Source of the DNA: Antedon mediterranea
Taxonomy: Eukaryota > Animalia > Echinodermata
Direction: 5' to 3'
Assembly (NCBI RefSeq): GCF_964355755.1
Contig: NC_092676.1
Coordinates: forward strand, 18,184,871 to 18,248,870
Length of the DNA stretch: 64,000 bases
A program made the position numbers and the translations under genes. Shown one piece after another: positions 59,958-64,000 of the stretch (its first letter is position 1; each line of letters starts with the position of its first letter). Below the pieces are notes generated by a model that saw only the letters and a list, made by a program, of their open reading frames with translations, ran no database searches and was not told where the DNA came from.

Positions 59958-62106
59958 TTAATATTGGTAAAAATTTAGAATAGAGTATTTGGAATATTAA
60001 ACGTTACGGTATATTGAGTACCGTCACCATGGAAACATAAAGCTATTAATGTATACATCCTTAATTTAAATGAGTTCGAAAATCAAGACGTTATTAAATT
60101 ACAAATATTAATTGTTCAGCGTTGAATTATCTTACCATGGCCAATTAACCAAGATTCCAATGGCGCAATATGGTGTGAGTGTTTAATTAACTCGATGATT
60201 TAAGAACCTCACTGTGTTTATTAAAATTCAAATAATAGAGACTTTACTGCATCAAAGCAGGCTGGTTTGACAGAGCGAATAAGTTTCTGGTCTATCAAAC
60301 CACTGAAAAAACCCACAAGCTTTAATGTGGTCTTCATTATAATGAAATTATTGGGATAAAAGTTTTGGATCAGCCAAAAGAAAAATGTTATGAATACTCT
60401 ACAAAGATATAAAGACTTCTTTTTGTCCTTTAAAAAAATCCACTGAATAAACCACAAGCTTTAGTGTGGTCTTATAATACATTTATTGGAACAACATTTT
60501 TGCGGTTTTATTCCCTTTTGGATTATCCAAATAAAACATTTGTTAATACTATAGCCTACACAGTTCAGATGAACTTTTTCACTGATGAGAATTAAGAAAT
60601 TAAATGTATATAGTCTATTCAAAGAAATCTATTTTTTTAAACAGTCTTTTCAAAAACAATTTACCGTAATTAGTCTATTGTAATGTTTATATACTAAATA
60701 TTCAGCAGTAGATCGACAGTCATCTAATCTTTTCTACGTGTATTTAGACTCGTATCTAGATGACTGTCAATCGTCAGTCATGATCTATCTAATGACAGCT
60801 GCAGAATCGCGTGAAATATTTCAAATAATGTGTGATTCTTTTTCTCGATGAATATGAAATGGGGATCAGCTAAAAAAGAGAAATAATGTAGCCGTTTTCT
60901 TCTTTACACCCCATGGCTATTACCATTGTGTTAAACGTAAAAAAATAAGCCCATCTAAAACAAAAGCCCATCTTGAAAAGAATCCCATCCAAGAGTACTT
61001 CTTCTTCTCGAGGTTTTACCGTATGATATCAAAATGGGATGATGATGACTATAGTCCAGAAAATATTGACACACAAATACCATGACTTCAGTTGCAAATA
61101 GCTTTATTATTCACTACACTATTCTTAAAAGTACTGTATGTAAATTAGTTTCACATTTGCATATAATATATTCTAAAGACTAATTAGCATATTGTTACAG
61201 GTGTAACATTAACAATTGTGCTGAGATTATTGATGTTACAATGTTATGTTGATTGATTGATTGATTCATTTAGTTTATTTTCATATAGCGTTAATATATA
61301 AATATTATATAAATATTATATAAATATTATATAAATCATATAACACATTCAGTTCATAGTATGATACATACACACGTTTCTCATTATCAGATCATGATAA
61401 TAATTACATTTCTTTCACAAGCATAACACACTTTATAGTGTATACAGTTTCTTAGAATTTAAAAATAAATTACTCTCAGAATATATATAAAATACTGAAA
61501 TATGTCAACAAATTAATATAATTTGTAATAAATGTGAGGCAATATGATACATTATGAAAATATATTCATATTAATATGCTGTAATACCATAAAGTACAGT
61601 TTAACAAATAAAAACACATATCTATACACATACGTATGACGTAATTGCGCAGGTCATGACGTAATTGCACATGCCATGACGTAATTTTGTAGGTATTGTA
61701 AAGATTTGTAATCAAGTTGTATTTGTTTTTTTTAAATAGTATTCTAAGCTAAATCAAGGTATATAGATATGTCACACAATCCACACACTCCGCTGCGCAA
61801 TAAATACCTTTAAAACTCGAAAAATATAAATTATTTCTGTGTAAATATATATAAAATCTGTATAAAATATTTCAATCTGTATAAAATATTATAATGTTAC
61901 TTACTACATTGCACATCATTCCTTTAAAAAATAAAACATTAAACTACTAAATGCGATTTGCTAGGCCTACTGAGCTCACACAAAAATACAGTCTGGCCTA
62001 CAATACATTCTATCTGAGTCGAGATCAAGCATGGACAAGTTCTGCTGAGAGATTCAATCCAATAGCCTACGGGTTTTCCTGAATATTTGAATAGGTTCTT
62101 GTTTTT

Positions 62107-63956
62107 CTATGAAGCGTTCGTGGTATCTATTGTGTAACAGGTAACCGGTAACCTAACCTGGTCGTGTACATACCTGAATAAAGAAATGAAATAAGGCCAT
62201 CTTAAGTTGAGTTGATAGGAATTGCTACTGATGCTATCAGGGGTTGTTAAGGCCCATTTACACTAGGACGATAGCGATCGACGATAAATAGATAAGCATG
62301 CATTTTTTTTACATAAAACAAAGAAATTAGAAAGGTTTCCGTTCTATAAGAACTATAGGATAATCATTTCTGCTGTCTTTGATAAAAATAATATTTAAAA
62401 AAAATTCCAATCAAATCGTTGTCACGATATTATTGCTCTTACTAATCATGACGTCATTTTATTGGACGTATGAAAATATCATTTTCATTAAAGGAAGTAT
62501 AGAAGGTTATTCTATAGTTCTAGAATGAAAAGTTTTTATATTTCTTTTGTTTTATGTATGAAAAATGCATATTTGTATATTTATCGTCGATTGTTATCGT
62601 CCTGGTGTAAATGGGCCTTTAGTATAATAGTTCATTGTTTGGTAGCTTAATCTGATTGGGCCAATCAATTAAATTGGGAGACTCGGGCCTTAAAAAATAT
62701 AATTTAGATCATAGTAAAAGACAGTTACGATGAATGATTATCCGATTCTCGGTACTGTATCTCCACATTATGGCATTATGGCGAATTATCTGTCCAGTGT
62801 CATAATGCATCACAGTAGGCGCTGTTTCTTGTTTGTACTGTTAATGTTAGGTTAGGCGTATGACCTGTGTGATACATATGATTCAGTATTACAACCTTCG
62901 CCTATGATACTGGACAAATTATAGATACAGTACCTAGAATCGGCTAGAATGATGAGGTATAAAGTTTCTACAAAATATATGGTTAAATCCGAACCCAGTC
63001 GCCTAAGTCCTGACCTATTAAAAATATCTCTATTAAGCACAAAAATACTTACACACGGAATCCGTTCTCACATCCCGCTGCACGTAACACTGGTACTGAA
63101 TAAAACCCGTGTTCACATTTATAATTTGTATTAAAATCAGCCGTGCCATTTTTCTTGATTATGCCGTATTCGCACTTGCAACGAACATAGGGGAGACTGT
63201 CCGGATACCTGTAGTGCCAAAATAAAATGAGGGCGTATTAAGAATTATTATTTTAAAGTACCTATATAGAATCTCTATAGGAAGGCCTACTCTATATTAT
63301 TCTATTGTATAAATGTCCTGATGCATGCATTCAATTATTACCGAATGATTTGAGAAACTAAACACTGATAAATAATAAGGAAATAGAATGACGTAGGCCA
63401 ATACACTTTTAACGAGAGGAAATAATTGAGTAGACGATTATATATGGTAGGTAAAAAACTATTTAATGTCTTTAAATGTTACTTACAGATTTGAATTGTA
63501 ATAATGAAGGGTTTCATATGGGCAAATTGAGCGGTCTGCTTCTGTTCCGGTATTGAATTCCTTCAGAATAATGTCAGGGTACACGTTACCCGTGTGGGCA
63601 TACGTAGCATTTACGGTGATACTGTGAGTGTGAACGGAGGCTTCTCTGTTTAATCGTACATGCATATCCGCCGGCGTTTCACACTTGGAAAAATCTTCCA
63701 ATTCTTCATTCGTTACACTTGCTATCGTAACCTCTTCTGTCGATATGCTTCGTGAAACAGTCATCAGCTCTGTAACAACATTTTCGCCGGCTTCTTTAGC
63801 CTTAACACCTTGTTCAATTCCATTGTCCCAATCGTTAAAAAACGTGGTATCTTCATAATCATTATTGGAGATTAAATTTCTTTTGATTTTATTTGAAGGA
63901 TATCCCGACACAGACAACAAGCATAACATAGTCGTAAATAATAGTCTGTTAATATT
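62107..63956 (-). CDS. IL-17-like secreted cystine-knot cytokine (5' partial; first exon outside window)
   Basis: Phase-consistent exons 63956-63487, 63208-63053 and 62173-62107. There is a signal-like segment (LLFTTMLCLLSVSG) and an acidic pro-region. The domain reads RSICPY...YNSNLYPDSLPYVRCKC...YKCEHGFYSVPVLR..GC..G.RVY...VRLPVTC, the IL-17 family pattern. Confidence 0.82.
62250..62618. mobile_element. PIF/Harbinger-type palindromic MITE in the IL-17-like intron
   Basis: TTA TSD. TIR AGGCCCATTTACAC(T/C)AGGACGATA...; imperfect inverted symmetry extends more than 100 bp. Confidence 0.8.
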
Positions 63957-64000
63957 CTGGAGAAACAAAGATACACAAGTTAAAATGCATTGTATAGGCC

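Noticed and set aside
60136-60200. Possible first exon of the CNBD gene ending ATG|GTAAG (another donor at about 58344)
   Set aside because: Both are plausible donors but cannot be linked to the gene without transcript data.

Overview
This is an AT-rich animal genomic window with GT-AG spliced genes. It is probably a marine invertebrate such as an echinoderm, but that is an inference. Reconstructing exons by hand gives six genes: an orphan single-pass membrane protein with two PPxY motifs (+), YIPF3 (-, 9 exons) head-to-head with RFWD3 (+, 12 exons), TMEM101-like (-, 3 exons), a cyclic-nucleotide-binding-domain protein of CNBD1/2 type (-, 10 exons), and the 3' part of an IL-17-like cytokine (-) whose first exon lies outside the window. 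Introns and intergenic DNA hold many non-autonomous DNA transposons (pogo/Tc1-, Kolobok-, Harbinger-, MULE- and Helitron-like), tRNA-derived SINEs, an internally deleted CR1/L2 LINE and several minisatellites. The most striking unexplained signal is a dense layer of apparent transposon excision scars. These are 22-34 bp CATRG palindromes between 7-bp duplications (P-element-like) and very abundant TA-GGCC-TA and TA-CAG-TA inserts. Two copies of one MITE differ by exactly such inserts, and the inserts pile up into low-complexity tracts near promoters. I found no CRISPR array, rRNA or intact tRNA. All coordinates and counts were read by eye.
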